Below are positions 37,905-50,526 of a DNA stretch of 64,000 nucleotides, piece after piece; position 1 is the first letter of the stretch; each line of letters opens with the position of its first letter. The notes below the pieces were generated by a model that saw only the letters and a list, made by a program, of their open reading frames with translations, did not search any database and was not told where the DNA came from. Where the stretch lies: positions 88,102,001 through 88,166,000 of the forward strand of contig OX597815.1 in assembly GCA_951406725.2 (NCBI GenBank). Reading direction: 5' to 3'. Source of the stretch: Octopus vulgaris (lineage: Eukaryota). Position numbers and translations under genes: made by a program.

Positions 37905-37960
37905 GATGAGTTACGTGATTTGAAGCACAAAGCCACCTCTAAAATCGATTCTGGAAATGT
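37905..37960 (+). CDS. DOCK1: DOCK exon w5 (56 nt): DELRDLKHKATSKIDSGN(V)
   Basis: T-tract plus cAG 37903-04, GTatgt 37961; resembles DELKELKKKVTAKIDYGN; missed by the ORF track. Confidence 0.92.
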
Positions 37961-39337
37961 GTATGTATCATGAATCTCAATTTGTTTTAGTTTTCGGTTT
38001 GTGTATGATTGTTTAACTTTATCCTAGTTTTGTTAGTTTAGATCATTTTGGTGTTAATTGTGACTTGGACACAAATAGGTGCAACTATAAACTTCACTTG
38101 CAACTGAGTCGAACAGCTGTCACACATTTATTGTGTTGCTGTAAAGTCGGAAAGTCTTCAGATTTACAAAAATGAAGTTTTGTGAAACATGAAAACAGTG
38201 TAAATGAAACAGTTTTCATTGGCTATTGAAACTTATTCACTGACCTATTTTGGTAAGAACTTAACTGCTGTACTACAGAGCTTGACAAATAAAAACAAAA
38301 AGTGGGGTGGAGGTGGAAAAAAAATTAATTTTTCATCTTATATCCTGACAGAATTGTGTTAAGATATGGAGTCACAATGACTGAGTGAATAGTGTTGGTT
38401 TCCTCAGTCAAATACTTTTAGAATTCACACCACATCACTAGAGCTGTTCTGTATCACTTAGTTAAATAAAAAAACTTCCAGTAATAATTTACTTAACTAC
38501 TTAGGAAAGCATTGTGAAATAGGACACAGACATGAGCTTTGACATAGCTTCAGCTTTTAAGTAGCTGGAAAAACTTATTACTGAGTAAACGTCATGCTTC
38601 TTGACTGAATTAAATTCTCCATGAATCTAGCTTTTAATTTTTGGGATACAATCATACAGATATTTTGTTGTGGTTATTTTTATTAAGTTGGACAATGACT
38701 GGCAGATTCACGAGTAAGGTGGTATTCAGTCGTGTCACTTTGCATTATGAGTTCAATTCCTGCCAGTAATAACTTTATCCTTAATATGTGTGTGGGACGG
38801 GAGGAGGAACAATAAAAAAAATATCAGTTAAATACTGGGTTCAATGTGTTTGACTTTTGTGAAGTTGTGCCTGTGTTAGAAATCATTGGTATTAAATAAC
38901 CTAGGTCGGGTCTACCTGGTGTACATCATTAGCATGAAAATAGTAATTCAAACAGAACAGCAGCCAAGCAACAGGTCATGGCAACAGTTTAGTGTTTTTA
39001 TTCTGGATGATGTCCAAAGTAGATTGTTCACTTGATTGGAAAATCTTGTTGCATTAGCATTCTTTAACTATCACCTATCCTTCATCTTGTCTACTATTAC
39101 TCAATGATCTCTGCTTCTCTGAACTTGTTGACAATATGCTAGGCCACATCTTCCACTTAAACTTATTTTTTGTACTTACCACTTCTCTTTCTCTTGCAAT
39201 ATAGTTTTATATTGTGTCTTCCCCATAACTACTACCCAGTATGCATGAATTTAGCAACAAAACTTCTCTGACCATCTCAGTCTGCTCCACTACTGAATTC
39301 AAACTTCTTTTGATTGAGCTTTTAAGCCATTCACTTA

Positions 39338-39712
39338 TTCCATTGGTTACAACAATCAGGGTTCCAGTTGATTCAATCAACGGAACAGCCTGCTAGTGAA
39401 ATTAACATGCAAGTGGCTGAGCACTCCACAGATACATGTACCCTTAACGTAGTTCACAGGGAGATTCAGCATGACACAGTGTGTGACAAGGCTGGCCCTT
39501 TGAAATACAGGTACAACCGAAACAGGAAGAAATAGTGAGAGATGGTTGTGGTCAAAGAGTATTTTAGGGTTCGCCACCCCCCCCTGACTGAACCTCTTGG
39601 AGCTTTAGGTGTTTTCACTCAGTAAACACTCACAATGCCCGGTCTGGGAATCAAAACCGCGATCTCATGACTGTGAGTCCACTGCCCTAACCACTGAGCC
39701 AGTGTGCCTCCA
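39338..39712 (-). mobile_element. tRNA-derived SINE family D with 11-bp TSD
   Basis: Minus strand head ggaggcacactggctcagtggttagggcagtggactc..ttttgattccc; TSD ccattcactta at 39327-39337 and 39713-39723; partial copy near 34100-34240. Confidence 0.88.
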
Positions 39713-39779
39713 CCATTCACTTACAGGCTTCTATCATAAGGTGGACATTTTCCAATACCATGGTGAGATTGTCACCACA

Positions 39780-40175
39780 CACACACGGCGCATCAAATTT
39801 ATAGACCAAGTTATGGCAGGAATAGAAATAGCTGAATCACAGCTAATTAAGAGTATTAGCTTAAATGAGATGCAATTCAAATATGTACCAGGGCAGGATT
39901 CCTTCAATGCCCTTTCCATAATTAGACAACTAGGTAAGTGCAAGCTGCAATACCCTGCATGAATTGATTTGGAAAAGGCCTTGAGCAGAGTGCTATGCTC
40001 TGTAGTTTGATGAAAAGATGTAGATGAATAGTTTGTGAGAGTCATGCTAGCTATAGGAACAGCTGTTGTGAGCAACAAGTTTAGGGTGCAATTAGTTTGC
40101 ATGTAGGTGTCCATTAGGGCTTAATTTTTATCCCCCTCTTGTTTATGGTTAATTCCCTAGGCCAAACAGAAGAGT
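39780..40175 (+). mobile_element. Old RTE reverse-transcriptase fragment
   Basis: RIKFIDQVM..ISLNEMQFKYVPG..ALSIIRQL..IDLEKAL. Confidence 0.8.
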
Positions 40176-40179
40176 TTAA

Positions 40180-40700
40180 CTCTTTTCCATTCTATGTGTC
40201 ATATATAATATACATTCCAATATTACATAACAGCAATATTCTTATTGTGTTGTTAGAAATTTATTTCTATTAGAATGTATGAGCTATACACAAAGCTTAT
40301 TACAAAAATTTGATGTTATTCATCAAATAAATTCTATTTTCAGTTATTCTGATACAAAATTTTATTTTAAATTATTTAAAAATCATTTTATTCTGACATA
40401 GAATAAAAATGCAGTGGTAATACATTTCTTGGCCCTACAGGTGCAGCTTCTCTTACCTGCTGTTGGGTATGTCTTTTGTGTTCTAAATCTTTTTTCAAGA
40501 GATTCTGAGCTATATGAATCAGCTGAAGTCATATACTGATCTTCACTATCATTACTCAAATCTTCTGACGTATGAAAACTATCTGGAGCTGTCATATAAC
40601 TTTTATCTAACCTCTTTTAACACATGTTTTATAAATTACATGATTTTATTTTGCTGTTATGTCAATAAAAGGCTAGAAAACCCCTTAGAAAGGTGAAGAG
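40180..40700 (-). mobile_element. Non-autonomous piggyBac-like element (521 bp)
   Basis: TTAA on both sides (40176-79, 40701-04); termini ctcttttccattct / agaaaggtgaagag pair at 11 of 14 positions; internal minus ORF has an acidic Ser/Asp tract fused to a Cys-rich end. Confidence 0.6.
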
Positions 40701-41584
40701 TTAAGATTAACTGTCCGGGAGACCTCGTGTACACCAATAACCTAGTTCTTGAAGCTGAATTTGTTGAAAAATTGGAAAGGAAATTTAAATGTGGAAGCAA
40801 ATCCTATATTTGAGAAGATTCAGAATAAACCTAGAAAGAACAAAAGGGATAATTAGCAAGATAGAAAACAGTTCTCTATACTGCCTTCAGGAAAGTCATC
40901 AGATTTAATATATTAAAAAGGAACATGTGAAAAATCTGTACTGTAAACTATAGATGCACAAGAAATATGGTGGCATCACAGGAAGGTGACATGTAGCAAA
41001 CTCTTAGGAATAGTTAGCAGTAAAGAGAACCCATGAAATTAATTCTTTCAGATACCTGGAAAACTCCCAAGAAGTAGTTGGCAGCTTCTGTTAGACAGGT
41101 GAACTAAGAAACAGGGAATAGCATGTTCTGAAAACATAGAAGCCAGAATAAGGAGGAAGTGGGAAAAGTTCATAGAATAATTATTGCCTCTAATGGCAAT
41201 AGAAAATTTCCCACTACTGTTGAAGGACATTTTGTATGATACTTGTGTATGAAGGGCAATATTGTATGGTAAATAAACATAGGAATTGAATGTAGATGAT
41301 ATATAAAGGCTGGGATAAAATGGAATATGTTCTGATGGATGTGTAAAATTAGTTTGCTTAAATAATGGAGTGAGAATGACCCAAGAGCAAATAGGGAATT
41401 AAATGTAAGAGAAAAGACTGCATTGGTACTGAAGGATGACAGTTGAGTAAAGAAGTACCAAGATCCAAGTGGAAGCAACCTGTAAAAGAAGGAAACATGG
41501 TGAAAGCTTAATCTCAAGATGCTGATCCTCATCAAGAAGGTGCATACCCTTTGTAATGTCTGCTGATTGAAAATGACATATTGC

Positions 41585-41617
<33 letters not shown>

Positions 41618-41663
41618 ACGCGCATCACACACGCATGTTATTTTACATTTTTTTTTTCAAAAG

Positions 41664-41751
41664 TTCCTTAAAGATGGACCTTGTGGTGCGTGATGATGAA
41701 GGAAATATTATTGATCCTCAGAAAACCAGCACTGTAAAGATTTATCGTCAG
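41664..41751 (+). CDS. DOCK1: DOCK exon w6 (88 nt): SLKMDLVVRDDEGNIIDPQKTSTVKIYRQ
   Basis: T-tract plus aAG acceptor 41662-63, GTgagt 41752; motif DLVVRD..GNI.DP. Confidence 0.93.
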
Positions 41752-42458
41752 GTGAGTCCTTGATTTATAGGTTATCATAAAATATTGTCTGCTTTTCTTT
41801 TACTAAAGCATTTGGCTTCTTTGTTACCTCATAAAATCAAAATATTTTTTTTATACCCTCTTTATTTGCTTACCAATTTTGTCAAAATTGCGCTTGTACA
41901 AAATAAGTCTATGATCTGAAACTTGGTTGACAGAAATGCCAGAATGAAGGTAAACCCAGATCAAATCCAAAGAAACTTGTAACAATTTACATTTTTCTGG
42001 CTACTGATATGAAGTCCATTTAAGTTACTAGAGAATGTTAGAGCTTGAATTGATAGAAAACTAATAGACATCACAATGGTTTAGTATATAGTAGAAAAAT
42101 ATACATTAAAACACTTATCTCTCAGGGACATCCAATATGAGATTTAGTGTTGCTGGACTGAAGTATCAATTTCTTGCATGATTTACAATTTTAATTTCTT
42201 TAATGACATCCCAACATTTATTTATCCCAGCAAATTTTTTCCCCTTACATGACAAAATTTTGCAAACTGTATCAAAATTTAAACTACATTGGACATTTTT
42301 AAGGAGTTCCACAACTTTACTTCTCCTTCACATGACTGATAGACCATGTTTACATACATATTTAGTTAGTACAATATCCATCTCTTTGGAGTTCTTAGAG
42401 AAACAACAACACAAATTTGTTTGTATATATAACTTGGATTTTTCCTTGTATTTTTCAG

Positions 42459-42491
42459 CATGTTCTTGCAGCTAAAAGAATCCAAGAAAAT
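42459..42491 (+). CDS. DOCK1: DOCK microexon w7 (33 nt, phase 0/0): HVLAAKRIQEN
   Basis: tttttcAG 42457-58, GTaagt 42492; peptide aligns with DOCK1 HEIASKQVEE and fills the gap between the flanking exons. Confidence 0.82.
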
Positions 42492-44489
42492 GTAAGTGAA
42501 TTAATTTATCAACTCTATCTGCAGTACATCTGATAATGCATAGTTTTTCTACAGTCAAAATACTCCCAAATTGATAGCATCAGTTAAAGGGAGTGTTGTT
42601 GCCCTTGTAAGATTCTTTAGGTTTTAATAAACATATGGTCCTTCTACCTCTCTTTTTTTGATGTAGCCTAAACCTAGGAAAAACATCCTGAATTTATCTT
42701 ATCTCTCTTTCTTTCCATTCCCATAATTTTAACAAACTCCTCTGTCTAGCTTCCTTAAATTTCAACTCCATGCATAATTTTCTTACTAATACCTTGTATT
42801 CATATTCCCAGTGGATCATATTCAACTAATGTATTTTCTCCTTTAATCTACACATGCTAATTCCTTTGGGAATTATACTGCTAATGTGTTTGAACTCTTT
42901 CTATGCTGAAATTTGTCATACATTATACAGTTTGAAGTTTCTAAGTTTCTATGTGTATGTGTGGGCATAATTATATTTGTTGAATCATTTGATTAATTTT
43001 TAGATTATCTGTCTTAGAGACTTAAATAAAACTGAAAAATATAGGAACTGTGAGTTAGAAATTGCTGAACATCAGAATTAACCCTTATATTATTTCATTT
43101 CGGCTCTCTAAACTTTGAATTCTAGTCAACTATCCCTGAACCTATAAAAATAAATGGTCTTGTGCCTGCCTATTTTAAAGAAAGCTGTACATTCTGAGAT
43201 AAAAGTTTTTAAAAAGTGAACAAATTAATATATTTCTTTCTCTTTTTTTTTCAATTAATTTTTTTTTTTCTGACAGAATAATTGAGATTCATTAAAAAAC
43301 TCATTAATTTATCTCAAAATCATTACCTATTTTGGTTATTCAAGTGCAAAGAAAAGCACTTTAGGTTCATTGAATATGTGAATTTGAAGGCTGAAGAGTT
43401 ATAGTAGAAAGTTTACTGATTATACTTACTAATAAGGCCACATGAATTACATTGATCCTTTAGTCAAGATAAGATACTAATTACCTCACTTGAAAATAGT
43501 TTGTATATTTATTTTACTGCTGTCTGTACTGCATAAAAAATATTTTTCAGTTAATACAAATACAAACTTTTGTAGTAACATCCAGTCCATATTAAGTAAC
43601 AAAAACAAATGTAAATGTGTTGCAAAAAAGAGTAAAAAAAACAGCATAAGTAGCTTCTGTGTATTTGAACCAAAATCTGCTTAGTCAGAAATAAAGTTTT
43701 TTTTGTCTTTCTTGCTCTTATTGGCTTTTGGTTCAAACGTAGAAATTCTTTGCAAATGTTTGCTATAAGCAAGATTTACTTTTGTTTAGCTTTATGTCTT
43801 TTTTTTTAAAGATAAGATGTGGTTGAAGCAAGATTTGGTTACTATTTCTAGCAGGTTCATTGATCATCTTCCACAGTCTTGAGTAAACTGCAACCATTGG
43901 GACTTTCTAAATGGCACACCAACAAAAAAAAAATGACCTTTATTATTTAAAAAAATATTTTTAGTAGCATGATCCACTTGATAATGAGCTGTGTTTCATA
44001 TGGCTCACTTCTCATAAAAGGTTGCTTATGCCTGATCTAGCAGTTCTTTTGTTGGCTTGAAATGAAATATGTAACAACATATTATTGATTCATTACCTTA
44101 GCACAAATATACAAAATTTTAAGTGACTTCTGTATAATCTGTTGAATTTACACCTATTTAAACTTGGTACTTATTTTATCAACTGTGGAACAATGAATGG
44201 AAATCAAAGTCAGCTTTAACAGATTTGAACTCTGAATGTGAAGAGACTAAATTAAATGTTGTAAGACATTCAGACTGGAACTTCATTGCTTTAAGATCGT
44301 CTATGTTATAAACACTCAAAACTTCCTTTAATTATATAATGCTTCCACTGTTTACTGCAGTGGGTTAGTAATTATTTACAGCTTCACAACAAAGTGGATT
44401 GAACATTGTAGCACCATTAATAGGAGGCAAATTGCCAACCCTTCGGACTTGGTGTATAACAAATCTTGTAATTTAATTTCCTGTCTCTA

Positions 44490-45030
44490 AACATTCTTAT
44501 GGAACATCCCCTTCTATCCCCTCTGTTCTATCCCTCACCCACTGTTCCCTGTGGTATGTCCCAATGCATTTCCAACACTATTTATTTTTCTCTCTTATTC
44601 TGACTGTCTCTCTATCTTTCTATCTCGCCTTCCTTTCCTTTCGTACTAGGATAGCTAAGTATCTCCTCTATAGTAAGAGACCTACCTATTTCTATCCCTC
44701 TATTATACTCTAACCCCTCACCTGGCACAAAGCCACTTCCCTCAGTTCCACTCCTTCTCCCAGTTAAGAGGTTTTTGTCTCACAAGTTACTTGGTGACCC
44801 CACTAGTGTTGGTGCCATGTAAAAGAGCACCAGTGCTGGTGCCACATAAAAAACACCCAGTACACTCTGTAAAGTGGTTGGCATTAGGAAGAACATCTAG
44901 CCTTAGAAACCATGTCAAAGTAGACAGTGGGAGTTGGTGCAGCTTTCTGATTTGCCAGCTCCTGTCAAACTGTCCAACTCATGCCAACATGAAAGACAGA
45001 CGTTAAATGATGATGACAGCAGCAACGACA
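44490..45030 (+). mobile_element. RTE 3' UTR fragment (CT-rich region plus terminal module)
   Basis: gtgccacataaaaaacacccagtacactctgtaaagtggttggcattaggaag..catgccaacatg..gacgttaaat(GAT)n. Confidence 0.75.
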
Positions 45031-45254
45031 ATGTTGTCACCGTCAGGAAATTTCAAATAGTTTTAGGTATTGGTTTTAGCTGAATTAACATCAAATTTCT
45101 GTGTTTTGATTTTTGGAAGATGTTTATTCTTTTGCTTGTCCCTCTACCATATTTTAACATTTTCACACCTGGTTTAAAGCCACCCACCTCCACTTTCCCC
45201 TCTCATTCCCCTTTTAGTAGCAGGAGCTTTTTATCCCCACCCTTTCTTCTTTTC

Positions 45255-45470
45255 TTGTCTTGCAAGTTTACATAGCAACCTCACTAGTGCCGATAGCATG
45301 AATAAAAGCACCCAGTACACTATAAAGCGGTTGGCATTAAGAAGGGCATCCAGGCTATAGAAACTATAGCAAAGCTAACATTGGAGCTTGATGTGGCCTT
45401 CTAGCTTGCTAGATCTTTCAAACCATCAAACTCAACATCAACATGGAAACTGGATGTTAAATGATAATAA
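45255..45470 (+). mobile_element. RTE 3' terminal fragment
   Basis: aaaagcacccagtacac..gttggcattaagaagggcatccag..catggaaactggatgttaaatgat. Confidence 0.7.
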
Positions 45471-46117
45471 TGTTGTTTATTTTGAATTTTCTTTTTAAAT
45501 ATGTAGGCACTGAAATTGTTAAAATCCTTTATTTTTTACTGTTATAATAGAAATAGTTTGTTTAATCTCTTGTCACCTAGTCATGTCAGTGCAGTAATTC
45601 CTGCAAGGTTTTTTTTTTTTTGGTGGTGGGGTTACTCTATTTTTGTTAACACCCATCTTCCTATACAGCATAGTTAGGACATTTATTTTTGTGTTCTTAG
45701 TTTGCAGCTTTCTGGAGGATTTGGTTTTACGCCTGGATGCCATTCCTATTTCAACATCCCTCTGAGATCTCACCAATCTCAGAGGGATATGCAAGGCCCC
45801 CTCTTCTGGAATAGAGTCCATTGTCAGTGAAGAAGTTAATTTCACAGCTTGAAAATGACTCAGTAATTTAAGTAGTTTGGTATGAATTGATGACTATGGG
45901 TCATTAGAAGTAGTACCTTCATCTCAGAACTTTTCTTTCTATCTTTAAATTTATAAACTGTAGTGTGACAATTTTCTCACAATACAAGAGTACAATATTT
46001 CTGGTAGAAACACCACTGATCCTTGAATACTGGGCAAATGGATGTAAATAGTGTGCTTAGAAATAAATTTTCTTGTTCTTCTTCCATTTTTCTTTTTATT
46101 GCTTATGTTTCCATCAG

Positions 46118-46266
46118 AGTCGAAATTCCACTGAAGTAGAAGTGAAACCATTAATTCAACCAACATTTGGATTGTACGTGATGTTGCGGAACTTTGTATG
46201 TCGAATTGGGGAAGATGCAGATCTGCTGATGAATCTCTACGATGAACAAACAGGAAACTTTATTAG
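46118..46266 (+). CDS. DOCK1: DOCK exon w8 (149 nt): [49 protein letters not shown](S)
   Basis: cAG 46116-17, GTaagt 46267; motif [14 protein letters not shown]. Confidence 0.94.
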
Positions 46267-47062
46267 GTAAGTTAATTATATCTCATCCAGGTAATGAATA
46301 GCAAATGATGGATTGTTAGTGCTATGCAAATATTTTGGATAGAAAGCAACTTAGTCTTCTGATCAATTGTCCCAGTATAGTGCAGGAAATTAATCGATTT
46401 TGTGAAGTGACTCAGCTAAACCAACTTTGATCAGTATTGATCAATAGCTTATAATACTCAATTGTAAGTTATTGAATAGTCCATCCAGTTGTAATATCTA
46501 AATATGCTCACTACCTGTTACAATTGCCATATTGATATATTCTTTTTATATAGGCTGAATCAGACTTTCATATCAACATAGTAAATATAAATTTACTTGA
46601 ATGAATTTACATATTGCAAAAAAACACTTGTATCTTATTGGGAGATCTTTTCATGCAGATAAACCTTTGTAGACCTCCTATATTTGCTTTTATAACAAAC
46701 TTTTTAAGGAACATCCATCACTATGTCATTTACCATAGATGCCTATTGATTGAGTGAAAATGCTGGTTTAGTGAGTTTTACTCTGAAATGTGGGCATATT
46801 ACTCAAATATTTATATGTAGTTAACTTTCAGGTACCATTCCAATCGTGACAATGAGTATATTATTATCATAAGGCTTGATATATAAGACCAGCCCAACAC
46901 TTAAGAGAGAACTTTTTCAAAAGAAATTTAGCAACTCTGTTCCACCTATATACATTACCTGAGCATGTATTGCAGAATTTCAGCAGTTATTTTTGTTACA
47001 AATTATTTTTGCTTTGTTTTTTCCTCTAAGGTTTATACCTACTCTTTTATTTATTTTTCCAG

Positions 47063-47144
47063 TGAAAATTATGTTGTGAAATGGGGTAAAGAAGGAATGC
47101 CTAAAGATATAGATATGTTGAATAATTTCAGAGTTGTGTTCACA
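47063..47144 (+). CDS. DOCK1: DOCK exon w9 (82 nt): [28 protein letters not shown]
   Basis: ccAG 47061-62, GTgagt 47145. Confidence 0.95.
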
Positions 47145-47407
47145 GTGAGTATCTGTTCATTCCAGAATAAGAAAATATTGTTAGGATTTTTTATTTATTT
47201 AAGGTCTTATTATGTATATTGAACATACTATGTTTTAATGGGGAAAGAGTTTTGGGTTGACACCTAAGTTAATGAGAGCAAACTATGCACTGTGTTGTTT
47301 CATGCTTGGCAATCTTTTTCCATGAACTACCTACTTTACAATTAAAGATTAAATGACATTTACTAAAGTTTAAAGAAAATTTTGATAAATTATTCATTAA
47401 ATAATAT

Positions 47408-48696
47408 TTGAATGTAAAGTTTTAACAACTCAAATTCTGAAGGAAGATACTCTAGAATATATTTGGACAAGCACATGTATATGGTTGAAAACAAAAAACT
47501 GTTTGGCTCAGCATATATAGACAAAGTGAAAGGGAAATGGGTCACATATTTTAGTATATAGTTGCATAGGTTTCCTTTTCATTAGTTGAGATAACAAAAG
47601 ATTTCCTGAGGTACACTGACTTACCAGATCACTGTTCTAATCAGGCTCCATTTTTGTGCATATACTAGTGATATATACTTTAGAGAATTTATTAAAATTC
47701 AAAAATCATAATATAACAATGATTTGCTCACAGTGTGTATGGTTTGTTGCTTTTGGTAATCAAAGTTGTTATATCGTAAGATACACCAAAACCATTAAAA
47801 GCAAGTTAGCTGATATTATTAATAATGGTTGTAATTGTTTCTTTTCGAAATTCCTCTTCAAGTCTTGAAATGTTGAGTTTCATTTACTTTTCTGCCATTG
47901 AGTTTTGGTTAAATTGTCACACAGTCTTGATGGTTTCATAACCTCATATGAGTATGTTTGCTTTCAAATAAAACACATTAAGAAATGAAAACCTGTTGCT
48001 GTTTGAACAAACCCTAATGCAAAGTAACTGCATGAGTAATGCCAAAGAACTATTTTAGACATTGTAGGAAAATATTACAAATAAATAACAAATATTTGGC
48101 AGTTCAAGGTGAAAGATGGTGTAAGAACATAAATTTTCTTTGTCTTTAATTTCTCATATTGCAGTTGTGTTTACTAGAACTTTAGTTCAAGTAGCCACAT
48201 CTCTGAGAAGAAAAATGGAATCTGTTGCTTTTCATACTACTCATACAATACAAATTTCAATGTTTACTACTGTTTACACTTTTCGAGCATTGGGCCTTAT
48301 GGAGGCCAAGTAGCTGAGTTCCTTTTGAGTGTTGAGCCTCACAGAGGCAAGTTCCTTCTGAGCATTGGGCCTCACAGAGGCAAGTTCCTTCTGAGCATTG
48401 GGCCTCACAGAGGCAAGTTCCTTCTGAGCATTGGGCCTCACAGAGGCAAGTTCCTTCTGAGCATTGGGCCTCACAGAGGCAAGTTCCTTTCAAGCATTGG
48501 ACCTCTCGGAGGCAAAGTGGCTGAGTTCCTTTTGAGTGTTGGGCCTCTTGGAGGCAATGACCAAAGACTTTTGGCATTATGTCACGCAAAATTGAATGTA
48601 AAGTTTTAACAACTCAAACTCTGAAGGAAGATACTTTAGAATCTATTTGGACAAGCACATGTATATAGTTGAAAACAAAAAACTGTTTGGCTCAGC
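47408..48696. repeat. 105-bp dispersed direct duplication (47408-47512 and 48592-48696)
   Basis: ttgaatgtaaagttttaacaactcaaa...ctgtttggctcagc occurs twice with 4 mismatches by eye. Confidence 0.93.
48282..48557 (+). repeat. 33-bp minisatellite (gagcattgggcctcacagaggcaagttccttct) at the 5' edge of an RTE tail
   Basis: About 8 units, the central ones identical; gives the CEAQCSEGTCL repeats in the ORF track. Confidence 0.93.
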
Positions 48697-48928
48697 TGAG
48701 CAAAATTGCAGTTGTGGCAGATTCTGGTGTCATGTAAATGGCACCCGTGCCATCGACACATAAAAGCACCCATTACAATCACAGAGTGGTTGGTGTTAGG
48801 AAGAGCATCCAGCAGTAGAAACCATGCCATATCAGACTGGAATCTGGTACAGCCTTCCAGTTTGCCAGCCCTGGTCAAACCATCCAACCCCTGCCAGCAT
48901 GGACAACAGGAGTTGAATGATGATGATG
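48558..48928 (+). mobile_element. RTE 3' end interrupted by the 105-bp local duplication
   Basis: gaggcaatgaccaaagacttttggcattatg ... cacataaaagcacccattaca..ggaagagcatccagc..(GAT)n. Confidence 0.82.
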
Positions 48929-49661
48929 TATATAAAATTGCTCATGCTTGTCACCAATGATTTTAGTGAAATTGGTGTCATGGCTAGACCAGGCCTGTGC
49001 AAAACTAGAGAGGAAACTGGAGAGGACATGAAATGTAAAAACCAGACTGGATTAGTTTATGCACAACTCCATTGTCTCCCGAGACAAAAGGATGCCAACA
49101 ACAAGGTTCCTATGATTTGTTTGAGTTTCCTTTTTCTGAAAGGTAACATGTCAGTAGGGTCTGGTATGGCCAGTTTGAAAAATATTAATGTTTTTATGAC
49201 AGCTAGATTTTGTCACTTTATAGGTTAAAGGGTTAAAAGAATTCCTTAAATCATGAAAATGCTAAATTTTAAATGCAGTTAAACGGGAAAGGGTTTCAAT
49301 GCAGTTAAATTAGTAATTGAAAATAAGCTGATCTAAATATGAAGAATGTTTTCATGGTAGCCCTGTTCTATTTTTGTAAGTATTGCCAGCTGTATTACAT
49401 ATGTTGTAGTGCATTGTATGTGTTTGTATAATGTTAAATAGTATAATGGTTCTGTTATATAATATCACAGCATGACAAATGTGTCTTATTCAGCTTATGC
49501 AGTGATTCATAGTATGACAGTTATAATGTCATATGACATTGTATAGTAACATTCTTATACCACAATATAACTACTGTGCTCTGTAATACAGCATACAGCG
49601 TCTGTGTTGTGTAGTGTCAAAATAGTCCCAGTTATCTTGCAATGTTTGTCACTGGGACCAA

Positions 49662-49878
49662 GGTGGCGAGCTGGCAGAAACGTTAGCATGCCGAATGAAA
49701 TGCTTAGCAGTATTTTGTCTACTGTTATGTTCTGAGTTCAAATTTCACTGAGGTCAGCTTTGTCTTTTATCCTTTCTGGGTCAATAAATTTAGTACCAGT
49801 TACATACTAGGGTCGATCTAATCGAATGGCTCCCCTCCCCCAAAATTTTGGGCCTTGTGCCTAGAGTAGAAAATAATA
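49662..49878 (+). mobile_element. tRNA-derived SINE family A
   Basis: ggtggcgagctggcagaaacgttagc head, gagttcaaat B-box, family core and ggccttgtgcctagagtagaaa tail. Confidence 0.88.
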
Positions 49879-50064
49879 TTGCACAGTATGCACAATATAT
49901 ACTTATTATCCAGGCATGTCCTTGGCTACTACATGCCAAAATTTGTCAAAGTTGCTGTATATAAATATATCGTTCTACCTATATCTATCTTGTTCTCTCT
50001 CTCTCATACACACATATTTGTAGAGAGAGAGAGATAGACATGCAGATAAACACGATTAGGCTTG

Positions 50065-50111
<47 letters not shown>

Positions 50112-50382
50112 AAGATATATATATATATATATATGTATATAGATAGATAGATACAAAAACTAAATTTATTCAGAAGATAAACACATATGTACACATCTGG
50201 TTGAAACCTCTACTAACTCCATATACCTAGTCCCCCGATAAAGACTTCAGAGTTTGTCTGTCTGTCTGTCTGTGTATGTGTTTGTGTGTAAATGTATTGT
50301 TTGATGTTGTTAATAAACTTGTGAAAAAGCAGCAGTACTGACAGTGAGGCCTCTACATATAGTATGAAGTCAATTATTGTTG

Positions 50383-50484
50383 ATATTGATTTGACTGGCA
50401 TCTTAAGTTTTGTGCATATCAGCTTATTCAACTGGTTGAATAAGCCATTAAGAGCAGAACCTGAAGTCCCAGTCAAATCAATAT
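50383..50484. repeat. 102-bp hairpin abutting (TA)n
   Basis: Perfect outer arms atattgatttgactgg/ccagtcaaatcaatat (16 bp) and inner arms gcttattcaac-tg-gttgaataagc (11 bp). Confidence 0.88.
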
Positions 50485-50486
50485 TA

Positions 50487-50525
<39 letters not shown>

Positions 50526-50526
50526 T

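Noticed and set aside
38480-38585. Weak inverted repeat (cagtaataa..ctactta / taagtag..ttattactg)
   Set aside because: Short, AT-rich and mismatched; could be chance.
48257-48609. Cys-rich repeat ORFs (CEAQCSEGTCL)n resembling metallothionein or keratin-associated proteins
   Set aside because: Translation of a 33-bp minisatellite derived from an RTE; open in several frames and without gene structure.
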